From the NCBI GenBank assembly GCA_963665325.3, contig OZ224045.1, positions 1,888,001 through 1,952,000 of the forward strand: a stretch of 64,000 nucleotides of DNA, written 5' to 3'. Under the pieces are notes generated by a model. The model made no database searches. It was not told the origin of the DNA and worked only from the letters and a program-made list of their open reading frames with translations. Origin of the DNA: Alphaproteobacteria bacterium. Its GTDB lineage: Bacteria > Pseudomonadota > Alphaproteobacteria > Bin95. Position numbers and translations under genes: made by a program. Below are positions 9,842-20,164 of this stretch, piece after piece. Position 1 is the first letter of the stretch; each line of letters begins with the position of its first letter.

Positions 9842-11395
9842 ATGGACATACTCAACAGCATGCTCGGCGGCTTCGAGGCCGCTTTCACGCTCGTCAACCT
9901 CGCCTATATCTGCGTCGGCATCGTGCTCGGCATCATCTTCGGTGTGCTGCCGGGGCTGGGCAGCGTCACCGCGCTCGCCATGCTGATCCCGATCACCTTC
10001 TATTTCACGCCGCTTGCCGCCATCGCCTTCCTGGTCGGCATCAACAAGGGTGGCACCTCGGGCGGGGCTATTCCGGCCATCCTCATCAATGCGCCGGGAA
10101 CGCCGGAAGCGGCGGCGACCGCGCTCGACGGCTATCCGCTCGCAAAGCAGGGCAAGCCGGAAAAAGCGATGAAGACGGCCCTCTATTCGTCGGTCTTCGG
10201 CGACACGTTTTCCGACATCATCCTCATCCTGCTCGCCGCGCCCTTCGCGGCCATCGCGCTGACTTTCGGGCCCAACGAACTCACCACGATCATCCTCTTC
10301 TCGTTCACCATGATCGCGGCGCTGGCGGGCCGCTCACTCGTAAAGGGGCTGATCGCGGCGGCGCTCGGGCTGTTCCTCAGCACATGGGGCCTCGACCCGG
10401 TGGACAGCACGGAGCGGATGACCTTCGGCACCATCTACCTCTTCGACGGCATTCCGCTGCTGCCCTTCGCAATCGGGACGCTGGCGCTGAGCTCCGTCCT
10501 CTCGCAGCTCTACGACATGCGCCGGGACCGGGGCCAACCGCCGCCGCCGCCGCTTCCGCCCGCATCCCAGTTCCGGGTCGAGAACCGCATCGCGCCCCGG
10601 GAGTTCTGGGGCAATTGGAAGACGCTTATCCGTTCCGCCTGCATCGGCACGGGCGTCGGCATCCTACCCGGCCTCGGCGTCACGCTGGCCGCGTTCCTCG
10701 GCTACGGAGCGGCGCGGCGCGCCTCCCCGCGCGGCGACAATTTCGGCAAGGGCGAGCTCGAAGGCATCCAGGCGACGGAAGCGGCGAACAGCGCCGTGGT
10801 CGGCTCCAACCTCATCCCCACCATCGCGCTCGGCATTCCGGGCAATGTGGCGGCGGCGCTGCTGATCGGCGCGTTCATGATCCACGGCGTCGTGCCGGGG
10901 CCGCTGATGATGGTGAACCACGCCGAGCTCATCTACTCCATCTTCGCGTCCATGCTGATGGCCAATCTCGCCCATCTCATCATCGGGCGCGCGGGCATCC
11001 GCATCTGGGTCCAGTTCGTCAGGATTCCCAAGCACATCGTGCTGCCGACCGTCGTGCTGCTCTGCGTGGTCGGGGTCTATATCCCGACCAATTCCATGTT
11101 CGACGTGGGCATGCTGTTCCTGTTCGCCGGCGTCGGCTACCTGATGCGCAAGGCGGGCTTCTCCATCGTCTGCCTGGTGATCGGCTTCCTGCTCGGCGAG
11201 AATTTTGAGATCTATCTCCGGCAGACGGTGCTCATCAACAAGGCCGACCTGACCGTCCTGCTGACCAACCCCATTTCGCTGGCTTTCCTGTTGCTCACGG
11301 CTTTCTTCATCTGGCATTTCGGCATTCGCGTGCCCCTCAGGCAGAAGCGCGAGCGCGAGGCCGCCGCCAGGGAAGTCGACACAGCATCCGACTGA
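9842..11395 (+). CDS. tctA: TTT large permease TctA
   Basis: GVLPGLG, INAPGTP, LDGYPLA, EAANSA, LGIPG, HGVVPGP. Confidence 0.93.
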   Translation: MDILNSMLGGFEAAFTLVNLAYICVGIVLGIIFGVLPGLGSVTALAMLIPITFYFTPLAAIAFLVGINKGGTSGGAIPAILINAPGTPEAAATALDGYPLAKQGKPEKAMKTALYSSVFGDTFSDIILILLAAPFAAIALTFGPNELTTIILFSFTMIAALAGRSLVKGLIAAALGLFLSTWGLDPVDSTERMTFGTIYLFDGIPLLPFAIGTLALSSVLSQLYDMRRDRGQPPPPPLPPASQFRVENRIAPREFWGNWKTLIRSACIGTGVGILPGLGVTLAAFLGYGAARRASPRGDNFGKGELEGIQATEAANSAVVGSNLIPTIALGIPGNVAAALLIGAFMIHGVVPGPLMMVNHAELIYSIFASMLMANLAHLIIGRAGIRIWVQFVRIPKHIVLPTVVLLCVVGVYIPTNSMFDVGMLFLFAGVGYLMRKAGFSIVCLVIGFLLGENFEIYLRQTVLINKADLTVLLTNPISLAFLLLTAFFIWHFGIRVPLRQKREREAAAREVDTASD

Positions 11396-11426
11396 CCCCC
11401 GTTCCATCCCCCCGACGCGAGGCGAC

Positions 11427-12974
11427 ATGTCCGACCGGCCGAACATCCTCTTCATCACCTCCGACCAGCAGCGCGCCGACTGCTACGGCTTTGCCGGCCG
11501 GCGCGTGAAGACGCCGCATCTGGACCGGCTGGCGGCGGAGGGGACGCATTTCGATGCGTGCATCACGCCGAACCTGGTGTGCCAGCCCTCGCGCGCGTCC
11601 ATGCTGACCGGGCTGCTGCCGCTGACCCACGGTGTTGCGGACAACGGTATCGACCTGCGCCCGGAGACGGGCGAACGCGGCTTTGCGACGGCGCTCAACG
11701 CCAAGGGCTACGACACGGCGTTCATCGGCAAGGCCCATTTCGCGACCAGCAGCACCTTTTCGCCGACCGGCACGCCGGAATGCAGCCACAGCACGGCCGA
11801 TTTCGATCCGTCCTGGTTCGGGCCCTATATGGGCTTCAGCCATGTGGAGCTGATGGTGCTCGGGCACTGGTTCCACCACCGCAAGGAAGGGATAACGCCG
11901 CCGCACGGGCAGCATTTCGAGCGCTGGGCGTTCGAGGAGTCCGGCTATCCGGACATATTCGACCTCTGGGAGGCCGAGACCCAGCCGGGGACGGGCGCGG
12001 CGCAGACCTGGAGTTCCGGCATGCCCGCGGCGGTGCATAGCAGCGCCTGGTGCGCCGACCGCACGATCGAGTGGCTGCAGAACCGGAAATCGGATACGCC
12101 CAGTTGCGCCTGGGTGTCGTTCCCCGATCCGCACCACCCCTTCGACTGCCCGGAGCCGTGGAGCCTGCTGCACCACCCGGACGAGATGGAATTGCCCGTG
12201 GAAGGCGGGAAGGACCTGGACCGTCGCCCCTGGTGGCACCGGGCCTCGCTGGAGCGCGAACCGGTGCTTGCGGACCCGAGTCTCCGCGATTTCCGCGCGA
12301 AGCTCTCGCGCGTGCCAGACCAGACAGAGGCGCAACTGCGCGAGATGACGGCGAACTATTACGGCATGGTCTCACTCATCGACCACTCGGTCGGGCGCAT
12401 CCTCGTCGAGCTCGACCGGCTGGGCATGCGCGACAACACCATCGTCGTCTATTCGACCGACCATGGCGACCTGCTGGGCGACCACGGCCTCTACCTCAAG
12501 GGTCCGACGCCCTACGAGGCGCTGCTGCGCGTCGGGCTGATCGCGCGCGGCCCCGGCATTCCCGCCGGGCGGCAGGCGAAGGACCCGGTTTCCACGCTGG
12601 ATCTGCCCGCAACCTTCTGCGACTACGCCGGCACGGCGCTGGACGAGCGCGCCCAGTCGGAGAGCCTGCGCGGCCTGTTCGAGAACGCGCCGGGCGCCGG
12701 GCGCGAGGTGGCCTACAGCGAATGGAACGTGAATGCGAGCCGCTGCGGCGTGCCGCTGGAGCTGCGCACAGTGCGCACGAAAACGGCGAAGCTGACCTTG
12801 GAGCTGGGGTCGGGCGCCGGCGAGCTCTACGACCTAGCAAGCGACCCGAACGAAATGGACAACCGTTTCGACGACCCGGGCGCCGCTGCGCTCCGCCGCG
12901 AGCTGGAAGAGATGGTGCAGGCGCGGCCGGGCGAGGTGCTGGAGACGTTCGACGAACCCGTCGGCATGGCCTGA
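11427..12974 (+). CDS. Sulfatase (Cys-type, formylglycine-dependent)
   Basis: PNILFITSDQ, TPHLD, CQPSR (CxPxR) then LTG, GKAH, STDHG. Confidence 0.92.
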   Translation: MSDRPNILFITSDQQRADCYGFAGRRVKTPHLDRLAAEGTHFDACITPNLVCQPSRASMLTGLLPLTHGVADNGIDLRPETGERGFATALNAKGYDTAFIGKAHFATSSTFSPTGTPECSHSTADFDPSWFGPYMGFSHVELMVLGHWFHHRKEGITPPHGQHFERWAFEESGYPDIFDLWEAETQPGTGAAQTWSSGMPAAVHSSAWCADRTIEWLQNRKSDTPSCAWVSFPDPHHPFDCPEPWSLLHHPDEMELPVEGGKDLDRRPWWHRASLEREPVLADPSLRDFRAKLSRVPDQTEAQLREMTANYYGMVSLIDHSVGRILVELDRLGMRDNTIVVYSTDHGDLLGDHGLYLKGPTPYEALLRVGLIARGPGIPAGRQAKDPVSTLDLPATFCDYAGTALDERAQSESLRGLFENAPGAGREVAYSEWNVNASRCGVPLELRTVRTKTAKLTLELGSGAGELYDLASDPNEMDNRFDDPGAAALRRELEEMVQARPGEVLETFDEPVGMA

Positions 12975-13046
12975 CCGCCTCGGTTCAAAACGCCGGGGCT
13001 ATGCTCTAAAAGACGCGGCAACGCACTGTAGCGAGGCCCGGCTCCC

Positions 13047-13634
13047 ATGCGCGAAGCGTCGATAGCGCGGAAAACGACGGAAACCGAGATCGATGTCCGG
13101 ATTCGCCTCGACGGCGAGGGTCGTTACAGCATCTCGACCGGCGTCGGTTTCCTCGACCACATGCTCGAACAACTCGCCCGGCACGGCCTTGTCGATCTCG
13201 ACATCGCCGCCGAGGGCGACCTCCACATCGACGCGCACCACACCACGGAGGACACCGGCATTGCCGTGGGACAGGCCGTGTCCGCCGCGCTCGGGGACCG
13301 GAAGGGCATCCGGCGCTACGGCCATGCCTATGTGCCGATGGACGAGGCGCTTGTGCGCGTCGCGCTCGATCTTTCCAACCGGCCCTATCTCATCTGGCGT
13401 GTGGACCTTCCGGCGCAGAAGCTCGGGACGATGGACACGGAACTCTTCCGGGAGTGGTTCCAGGCCTTTGCGCAGCATGCCGGCGCGACGCTGCATGTCG
13501 AATGCCTCTACGGCACCAATACGCACCACATCGTCGAAGCCTGCTTCAAGGCCCTGGCGCGGGCATTGCGCATAGCGGCGGAGATCGACCCGCGCCGCAG
13601 CGACGCCGTGCCCTCCACCAAGGGCAGCCTTTGA
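13047..13634 (+). CDS. hisB: Imidazoleglycerol-phosphate dehydratase
   Basis: [32 protein letters not shown]. Confidence 0.97.
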   Translation: MREASIARKTTETEIDVRIRLDGEGRYSISTGVGFLDHMLEQLARHGLVDLDIAAEGDLHIDAHHTTEDTGIAVGQAVSAALGDRKGIRRYGHAYVPMDEALVRVALDLSNRPYLIWRVDLPAQKLGTMDTELFREWFQAFAQHAGATLHVECLYGTNTHHIVEACFKALARALRIAAEIDPRRSDAVPSTKGSL

Positions 13635-13642
13635 CCGGCGCC

Positions 13643-14002
13643 ATGCGTATCTACACGATTCATCGCCGCAGCCGGGGCGTTCTGGAGGAGCCGGAAATTC
13701 GCGCCGTCAAGGAAGGCTTCTGCTGGCCGGCGCTGTTCTTCGGACCGCTCTGGGCGGCATGGCGCGGCGACTTGGCGGTCGCCGCAGGGCTTCTGGCGGT
13801 CGTCGCGGCAGCGGTCGCTCTTGGCGAATTCCCGTGGCTGTCGCTGCCGTTGCTGCTGCTCGCGGCCTTCTCGGTCGGCTTCGAAGGCAACGACCTGACG
13901 CGCTGGCGCCTCGGCCGGCGGGGGTTCTCCGCAGCCGCGCTCGCGGCCGGGCGGAACGCCGCCGATGCCGAGGCCTGCTTTCTGACCCGGACGCCGCAGT
14001 GA
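13643..14002 (+). CDS. DUF2628-like membrane protein
   Basis: VKEGFCWPALFFGPLW...EGNDL; position between hisB and hisH. Confidence 0.75.
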   Translation: MRIYTIHRRSRGVLEEPEIRAVKEGFCWPALFFGPLWAAWRGDLAVAAGLLAVVAAAVALGEFPWLSLPLLLLAAFSVGFEGNDLTRWRLGRRGFSAAALAAGRNAADAEACFLTRTPQ

Positions 14003-14640
14003 CCGTCGCCATCGTCGATTATGGGTCCGGCAACCTGCGCTCGGCCGAAAAGGCGTTCGCGCGGGCTCTCGACGAGAACGGTGGAGGAGGCCGGGTCGTC
14101 GTGACCTCCGACCCCGACGAGGTGGCCGCCGCCGACCGCATCGTGCTGCCCGGCGTCGGCGCCTTCGGCGACTGCCGCTCGGGCCTGTTCGGGTTGGACG
14201 GCATGGTCGAGGCCCTGGCGGAGGCGGTGACCGGCAAGGGCCGGCCCTTCCTCGGCATCTGCGTCGGCATGCAATTGATGGCGGAGCGGGGGCTCGAGCA
14301 CGGCGTGCATGAGGGCCTCGGGTGGCTGCCCGGCAGCGTTGTCGCGCTGGAGCCGGGCGACCCGGCCTGCAAGGTGCCGCATATGGGCTGGAACGGCCTG
14401 TCGGCGGTCGCTGACCATCCGGTTCTTGCCGGGCTCGGCAACGGAGGCTACGTCTATTTCGTGCATTCCTACCGGTTCGCGCCGGCGGAGGACGGGCACA
14501 TGCTGGCAGAGAGCGACCATGGCGGCCGGTTTGCCGCCGTCGTCGGTCGTGGCAATTTGATCGGCACGCAATTCCATCCCGAGAAGAGCCAGGTATATGG
14601 GTTGCGTCTGATTGCGAACTTCCTCGATTGGCGGCCGTGA
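13999..14640 (+). CDS. hisH: Imidazole glycerol phosphate synthase, glutaminase subunit
   Basis: IVDYGSGNLRS, LPGVG, GICVGMQ, PHMGWN, YFVHSY, QFHPEKS. Confidence 0.96.
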   Translation: MTVAIVDYGSGNLRSAEKAFARALDENGGGGRVVVTSDPDEVAAADRIVLPGVGAFGDCRSGLFGLDGMVEALAEAVTGKGRPFLGICVGMQLMAERGLEHGVHEGLGWLPGSVVALEPGDPACKVPHMGWNGLSAVADHPVLAGLGNGGYVYFVHSYRFAPAEDGHMLAESDHGGRFAAVVGRGNLIGTQFHPEKSQVYGLRLIANFLDWRP

Positions 14641-14641
14641 C

Positions 14642-15184
14642 ATGGAAAAGTTTCAGGTGGAGCGCCTCGAATCGCTGAGCGAGACCGACCTGTTCGATCT
14701 CTGCGAAGCGACGGATGCGGCGATTCTGGACGGCGGCGGGTTCGGTTTCGTGTCCCCGCCCGAGCGCAATTGGCTCGAACGCTACTGGCAGGGCGTGCTG
14801 CTGGTGCCTGAGCGCAGCCTGTTCGTCGCTCGGCGCGAGGGAACGATTTGCGGCTCCGTGCAGATGGTCGCTCCGCCGCGCAACAACGAAGCCCAGAAGT
14901 CGATTGTCGCGGTGCAACATCTCTTCGTTGCACCCTGGGCGCGCGGCCTGGGCGTCGGTCGGCTGCTGATGGAGGCGGCTGAGGCCGAAGCCAAGACCCG
15001 CCGCTTCAAGGTCATCAATCTGGATGTGCGGGAAACCCAGACCCAGGCGATCGCCATGTACGAGGCGCTCGGCTACCAGCGCTGGGGCCTGCACCCGAAA
15101 TATGCCCATGTCCGGGGCAACTGGGTGCCGGGCATCTATTTCTTCAAGGATGTGCCGTCTGCCGGAAAACGGCGGGCCGGATGA
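14642..15184 (+). CDS. GNAT acetyltransferase
   Basis: [12 protein letters not shown] acetyl-CoA motif, [10 protein letters not shown]. Confidence 0.85.
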   Translation: MEKFQVERLESLSETDLFDLCEATDAAILDGGGFGFVSPPERNWLERYWQGVLLVPERSLFVARREGTICGSVQMVAPPRNNEAQKSIVAVQHLFVAPWARGLGVGRLLMEAAEAEAKTRRFKVINLDVRETQTQAIAMYEALGYQRWGLHPKYAHVRGNWVPGIYFFKDVPSAGKRRAG

Positions 15185-15915
15185 TCGTCTTCCCCGCCAT
15201 CGACCTCAAGGACGGTTCCTGCGTGCGTCTGGTCCAGGGCGATATGGGCCGGGTGACGGTCTTCAACGACGATCCCGCCGACCAGGCCGGCCGGTTCGAG
15301 TCGGCGGGGTTTTCGTGGCTGCACCTGGTGGACCTGAACGGCGCGGTGGAGGGCGAGCCGGTCAATGCCGAGGCTGTGGAGGCCGTGCTTGCGGCGGTCG
15401 GTCTGCCGGTCCAGCTCGGCGGCGGCATCCGCGATATGGCGACCATCGAGACGTGGCTCGGCAAGGGCGTGCGGCGGGTCGTGCTGGGCACGGCGGCACT
15501 TACCGACCCCGCTTTGGTCCGGGCCGCCTGCCGGCAGTTCCCCGGGCGGATCGTCGTCGGCATCGATGCGCGCGACGGCATGGTCGCAACAAGGGGCTGG
15601 ACCGAGACCTCGGAAACCCCGGCTCTCGATCTTGCGCTCCGCTTCGAGGATGCCGGCGTCGCGGCCATCGTGTTCACCGACATCGCCCGCGACGGGGCGC
15701 TGGGCGGCGTCAATATGGACGCTACGGTGGATCTTGCATGGGCGCTGACCACCCCGGTCATCGCGTCGGGCGGGGTGGCGGACCATGACGATCTCCGCGC
15801 AATCTATGCCGAACGGGGTTCGGGCATCGAAGGAGTGATTTGCGGGCGGGCGCTTTACGACGGGCGGATCGACCCGGCGACCGCGCTGCACATCGCGACG
15901 GGCGGCGAATGCTGA
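15181..15915 (+). CDS. hisA: ProFAR isomerase
   Basis: [37 protein letters not shown]. Confidence 0.96.
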   Translation: MIVFPAIDLKDGSCVRLVQGDMGRVTVFNDDPADQAGRFESAGFSWLHLVDLNGAVEGEPVNAEAVEAVLAAVGLPVQLGGGIRDMATIETWLGKGVRRVVLGTAALTDPALVRAACRQFPGRIVVGIDARDGMVATRGWTETSETPALDLALRFEDAGVAAIVFTDIARDGALGGVNMDATVDLAWALTTPVIASGGVADHDDLRAIYAERGSGIEGVICGRALYDGRIDPATALHIATGGEC

Positions 15916-16679
15916 CCGTGCGCGTCATCCCCTGTCTCGACGTCGATGCCGGCAGGGTCGTGAAGGGCGTCAATTTCGTGGACCTGCGGGATATGGGCGA
16001 CCCCGTCGAGCAGGCCCGCTTCTATGACGCATCGGGTGCCGACGAACTCTGCTTCCTCGATATCACCGCGAGCCATGAGCAGCGCGACACGATCCTCGAC
16101 GTCGTACGCCGCACCGCCGACCGTTGCTTCATGCCGGTGACGGTCGGCGGCGGAATCCGCACGGTGGAGAATATCCGCAACCTCCTGCTGGCCGGCGCGG
16201 ACAAGGTGTCGATCAACACGGCCGCCGTTTCCCGCCCGGAGTTCGTGCGCGAGGCGGCCCGCAAGTTCGGCACGCAATGCATAACGGTCGCGGTCGATGC
16301 AAAGCGCGCCGGGACCGGCCGGTGGGAAGTCTTCACGCATGGCGGGCGGCGGCCGACCGGCATAGAGGCTGTGGGCTGGGCGGAGCGCATGATCTCGCTG
16401 GGAGCGGGGGAAATCCTCCTTACCTCCATGGACCGTGACGGCACCAGGGACGGCTACGACCTGGAGCTCACGCGCGCCGTTGCCGATGCCGTGCCGGTGC
16501 CGGTGATTGCCTCCGGCGGCGTGGGATCGCTTGAGCACCTGTCGGAAGGTGTGGCGGACGGCCATGCCTCGGCCGTACTCGCCGCTTCGATCTTCCACGA
16601 CCGCATCTACAGCATCGCGGAGGCCAAGCGGGCCATGGCCGCGGCCGGCATCCCGGTGCGTCCGGAGCCCGGCGCATGA
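15909..16679 (+). CDS. hisF: Imidazole glycerol phosphate synthase, cyclase subunit
   Basis: [36 protein letters not shown]. Confidence 0.97.
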   Translation: MLTVRVIPCLDVDAGRVVKGVNFVDLRDMGDPVEQARFYDASGADELCFLDITASHEQRDTILDVVRRTADRCFMPVTVGGGIRTVENIRNLLLAGADKVSINTAAVSRPEFVREAARKFGTQCITVAVDAKRAGTGRWEVFTHGGRRPTGIEAVGWAERMISLGAGEILLTSMDRDGTRDGYDLELTRAVADAVPVPVIASGGVGSLEHLSEGVADGHASAVLAASIFHDRIYSIAEAKRAMAAAGIPVRPEPGA

Positions 16680-16990
16680 ACGACAACGACATAATCGACA
16701 GGCTCTACGCTGTGATCGAGAGCCGGCGGGGCGCCGACCCCGAGACCTCGCGCACGGCGCGCTACTTCCACCTGGGCCGGGAGAAGATTGCGCAGAAAGT
16801 GGGCGAGGAGGCCGTCGAGACGGTTATCGAAGCGGTGCGCGGCGACCGGGACCGATTGATCGAGGAAAGCGCCGATCTGCTCTACCACCTGCTGGTGCTC
16901 TGGGCCGATGCGGGCGTGGCGCCGGACGATGTGCGGGCGGCGCTGGCCCGGCGCGAGGGCAAATCCGACGCAAGCGAGCGATCCCGATGA
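16676..16990 (+). CDS. hisE: Phosphoribosyl-ATP pyrophosphatase
   Basis: [16 protein letters not shown]. Confidence 0.95.
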   Translation: MNDNDIIDRLYAVIESRRGADPETSRTARYFHLGREKIAQKVGEEAVETVIEAVRGDRDRLIEESADLLYHLLVLWADAGVAPDDVRAALARREGKSDASERSR

Positions 16991-17346
16991 GCTATGACGA
17001 CGACAACATCTTTGCGCGCATCCTGCGGGGCGAGATTCCCTGCGACAAGGTGCATGAAAGCGACCATGCGCTCGCCTTCCGCGACATCGCGCCGAAGGCT
17101 CCGAGCCATGTGCTGGTGATTCCCAAGGGCCGCTACGAGACGCTGCACGAGTTTGCGGAGAAGGGCAGCGACGCCGAACTGGCCGGCTGGGTGCGCGCCA
17201 TGGCGGCGGTCGCGCGCGCCGAGGGCGTTACCGAAGGCGGCTACCGCGCGACCGTCAATAACGGCCGCCACGGCAACCAGGAAGTGCCGCACCTGCATGC
17301 GCACATAGTCGGCGGCCGCCAGCTCGGCGGTGCGCCGCGCGGGTGA
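16987..17346 (+). CDS. HIT family nucleotide-binding protein
   Basis: NIFARILRGEIP, QEVPHLHAH histidine triad. Confidence 0.93.
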   Translation: MSYDDDNIFARILRGEIPCDKVHESDHALAFRDIAPKAPSHVLVIPKGRYETLHEFAEKGSDAELAGWVRAMAAVARAEGVTEGGYRATVNNGRHGNQEVPHLHAHIVGGRQLGGAPRG

Positions 17347-17352
17347 CGCCTG

Positions 17353-18705
17353 CTACTCCGCTGCCTTCTGCGGCTTGATACGATTCAGAATGTCCTGGGC
17401 CCGATGCCAGTCGGCGGAGTTCTCGGGAAACTTGCGGACGGCGCGGCCGGCGAGGGCGACCGCGCGGCGGGCATCGCCGGTGAGCAGGGCGTGTTCGGCA
17501 AGCGCAAGGTCTGCCAGAGCCGGCCGGCCCGAGCGCCCCTCCGCAATGCCGAGCCAGTACCAGGCGCCCGCGCTTCGCGGACTGCGGCGAACGACCTCGC
17601 GCAGGTTGCGGACCGCCTCTTCGAGCGTGTCCCGCGTGCCGGACTCGATGGCGGCGCGGCCAAGCTCGACGCGGATCAGGCCCGCACGGGGGGCGAGGCG
17701 AACGGCTTCGCGGTAGGATTCCAGCGCCTCCGCGCCGCGGCCGTTCTCGAACAGCATCTGGCCCCGGAGTTCGTGGAAGTAGGGGTCTTTCGGCGCCTCC
17801 GCGATGAGGCCGTCGATCAAGGCGAGCGCTTCAGCGAGGTTCGGGACGCGGTAGTGGGCGATGGCGCGGGCGTAACGCGCCGCGACGCTTTTGTCGGAAG
17901 CGTCGTAACGGGCAAGCGTCTCTTCGGGGGGATTGAGAAATCCGTCCAACTTGGCGACCATCCGGGCATGGCGCCGGTAGAAATCGTCCGGCAGGTCACT
18001 GTCGGCCCAGGGAGACTCGGCGGTATGCTCGCGCACGATCTGGATGCGCTCTTCCGTGAGCGGATGGGTGCGCCGGTAGACATCCCCCCCGCCGCCGGCG
18101 ATCGTTTCCCGGTTCTCCAGAATCCCGAGGAATTCCGCGAAGCCGCGCGACGAGATTTTCGACCGGTCGAGATATTGCAGCGCCGCCTGGTCCGCAGCCG
18201 ACTCCTCGGTCCGGGAATGGCGCAAAAGGCCCCGCTCGGCAAGCGTGACGCCGCCCGATATCACCGCCTGTGCGACACGGGGGTCCCCCGTCGCGATGCC
18301 CGCTGCGGCGCCGAGCGCCGTTGAGATGATCGCCTGTGCCGTCCGGCTCTCGATTTCGCCCTTGAGACGCGCGAGATGTCCGCCGACGATATGGCCCGTC
18401 TCATGCGCGATCACGCCGATAACCTGGCCGGGGCTCTCGCTGACCCGGAGCAGTTCGGTGTACAGGAATATCTGCATCCCGTTGGAAACAAAGGCGTTCA
18501 CCTGGTCGCTATTCACGAGATGCAAGCGTATGCTTTCCGGCGAAATACGGGCCGCGCGGAAGACCGGATCCGCGTACAGGCGGAGCGTTTCCTCTATCTC
18601 CGCGTCCCGGACCATATTGAGCGATCGGGCTTCCGAGGGCGCGGCGCCCGAGAACGCAAGCAGAGCGGCGAAGAGGCCGCAGAGAAGGGAGCGTATGGGC
18701 CTCAT
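17353..18705 (-). CDS. M48 zinc metalloprotease with TPR repeats (BepA-like)
   Basis: Signal peptide, VNAF, HETGH, EESAADQ, THP, TPR-like C-terminus. Confidence 0.9.
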   Translation of the reverse strand: MRPIRSLLCGLFAALLAFSGAAPSEARSLNMVRDAEIEETLRLYADPVFRAARISPESIRLHLVNSDQVNAFVSNGMQIFLYTELLRVSESPGQVIGVIAHETGHIVGGHLARLKGEIESRTAQAIISTALGAAAGIATGDPRVAQAVISGGVTLAERGLLRHSRTEESAADQAALQYLDRSKISSRGFAEFLGILENRETIAGGGGDVYRRTHPLTEERIQIVREHTAESPWADSDLPDDFYRRHARMVAKLDGFLNPPEETLARYDASDKSVAARYARAIAHYRVPNLAEALALIDGLIAEAPKDPYFHELRGQMLFENGRGAEALESYREAVRLAPRAGLIRVELGRAAIESGTRDTLEEAVRNLREVVRRSPRSAGAWYWLGIAEGRSGRPALADLALAEHALLTGDARRAVALAGRAVRKFPENSADWHRAQDILNRIKPQKAAE

Positions 18706-18754
18706 GGATGGCGACCTCGCAGGGCGTTGGACACAAGCTAGGCGCCGGTCCGGA

Positions 18755-20158
18755 TTGCGTCAATTGGCGCCGGCAGTTCTGGTCCCGCTGTTCCTTGGCG
18801 CGTGCGGAACTGTCCCCGGCGTCGATCCGGCGGCCGTTCCGCGTCAGAACTATCTGGGCAGTGTCGTCGCCGGCGAGCCCAACGCTGCGCTGACCGCCCG
18901 GGACATTCTGAAAGCCGGCGGTTCCGCTGCAGATGCCGCGGCGGCGCTGGCCATGACGCTGGCCGTGACGAGGCCTTCCAGAGCCAGCCTCTGGGCCGGG
19001 GGCATCTGCATCGTGAATGACTCGAAAGACGGGGACCAGTGGGTCTATTCCTTCATCCACCCCGCGAGCGGGGAAAGCGAAGCGCCGCCGCCCATGCTGG
19101 TGAGGGGGGTGGCGCTTTTGCATGCAGCGCACGGCCGTCTGCATTGGGGCGCGGTGCCGGCGGCGGCGGAGCGTCTGGCGCTGCTGGGCCATCCGGTGTC
19201 GCGGGCGCTTGCGCGGGACATCGGGACCGCGCCTGAACGATTCGCGACGGCATTTTCAGGACGGCCTCTCGGGGAAGGCGACCTGCTGGTGCAGCCGGAG
19301 CTGGGCCGGATACTGAGCCGGATTCGCCTTGCCGGGCCGGGCGTGCTCTATGGCGGCCCCCTGGCGGCGGCGCTGATGCAGGGAGCGGCCGCTGCGGGAT
19401 ACCGGCTGGATGAGGCGACGTTGGGACGCGGCCTCCCGTCGGATCGGGAGCCGCTGTCTGCGGAAGGCGACCCGTGGCGGGCCTGGTTCGCCGCCGACGA
19501 GGCGAGCGCCGGGCCGGGGCAGGCTGCTTTTTGGGCACAACTTGTCGAGGACGACCGGATCGACGACACCGCTTTGCCGGTGCTTCCGCTCGTTGATGAC
19601 GGCGAAGCGGGGGAGGCGCCCGAGGACGGCGGCGGGACAGGCTTTGCGGTTGTGGACGCCGACGGGCTTGCGGTTGCCTGCGGCCTGACCATGAACGCGC
19701 CCCTCGGGACAGGCCGGATGGCTGGGGACACGGGAATAACGATTGCCGCGCCCAGGCCAGCGGGTGCGGCGGACCCCGCGCTTTCTCCGTTTCTGGTAAC
19801 GCTTGAGGCCGGCGACGAAATCCGCTTCGTCGGCGCCGGTTCCGGCGTGGGCGCCGAGCGCATCGGACCGGCCATTGCGCTGCGGACGCTGCTGGAAGCG
19901 GACACGCTGGATGCAGCAATCGCCGGCCCGCGGGCGGTGCGCGGCTCCGGGCAGGAGATAATGGCGGAAGCGGCGGTCCCGGAGGCCGTGCGCGCCGGGC
20001 TGCTGAAGGACGGCCATACCCTCTCGGAGGTCGAACGGATCGGCTTTGTTGCAGCGATTCGCTGCCGGGCGACGGACCCGGGCAGTCCCGGCCCGGTTTG
20101 CCGGGCCCATGCGGATCCGCGCGGCGCGGGCCTCGCGATCCAGGTCTTCGGAGAGTAG
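18755..20158 (+). CDS. Gamma-glutamyltransferase-like lipoprotein (start uncertain: ATG 18704 or TTG 18755)
   Basis: Lipobox LGAC; GGSAADAA, GHPVSRALA, GDLLVQPEL, VVDADGLAVAC-TMNAPLGTG. Confidence 0.75.
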   Translation: MRQLAPAVLVPLFLGACGTVPGVDPAAVPRQNYLGSVVAGEPNAALTARDILKAGGSAADAAAALAMTLAVTRPSRASLWAGGICIVNDSKDGDQWVYSFIHPASGESEAPPPMLVRGVALLHAAHGRLHWGAVPAAAERLALLGHPVSRALARDIGTAPERFATAFSGRPLGEGDLLVQPELGRILSRIRLAGPGVLYGGPLAAALMQGAAAAGYRLDEATLGRGLPSDREPLSAEGDPWRAWFAADEASAGPGQAAFWAQLVEDDRIDDTALPVLPLVDDGEAGEAPEDGGGTGFAVVDADGLAVACGLTMNAPLGTGRMAGDTGITIAAPRPAGAADPALSPFLVTLEAGDEIRFVGAGSGVGAERIGPAIALRTLLEADTLDAAIAGPRAVRGSGQEIMAEAAVPEAVRAGLLKDGHTLSEVERIGFVAAIRCRATDPGSPGPVCRAHADPRGAGLAIQVFGE

Positions 20159-20164
20159 GCGGCC

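Noticed and set aside
13643-15184. DUF2628 and GNAT genes inside the his operon as a novelty
   Set aside because: Such insertions are common in alphaproteobacterial his operons.
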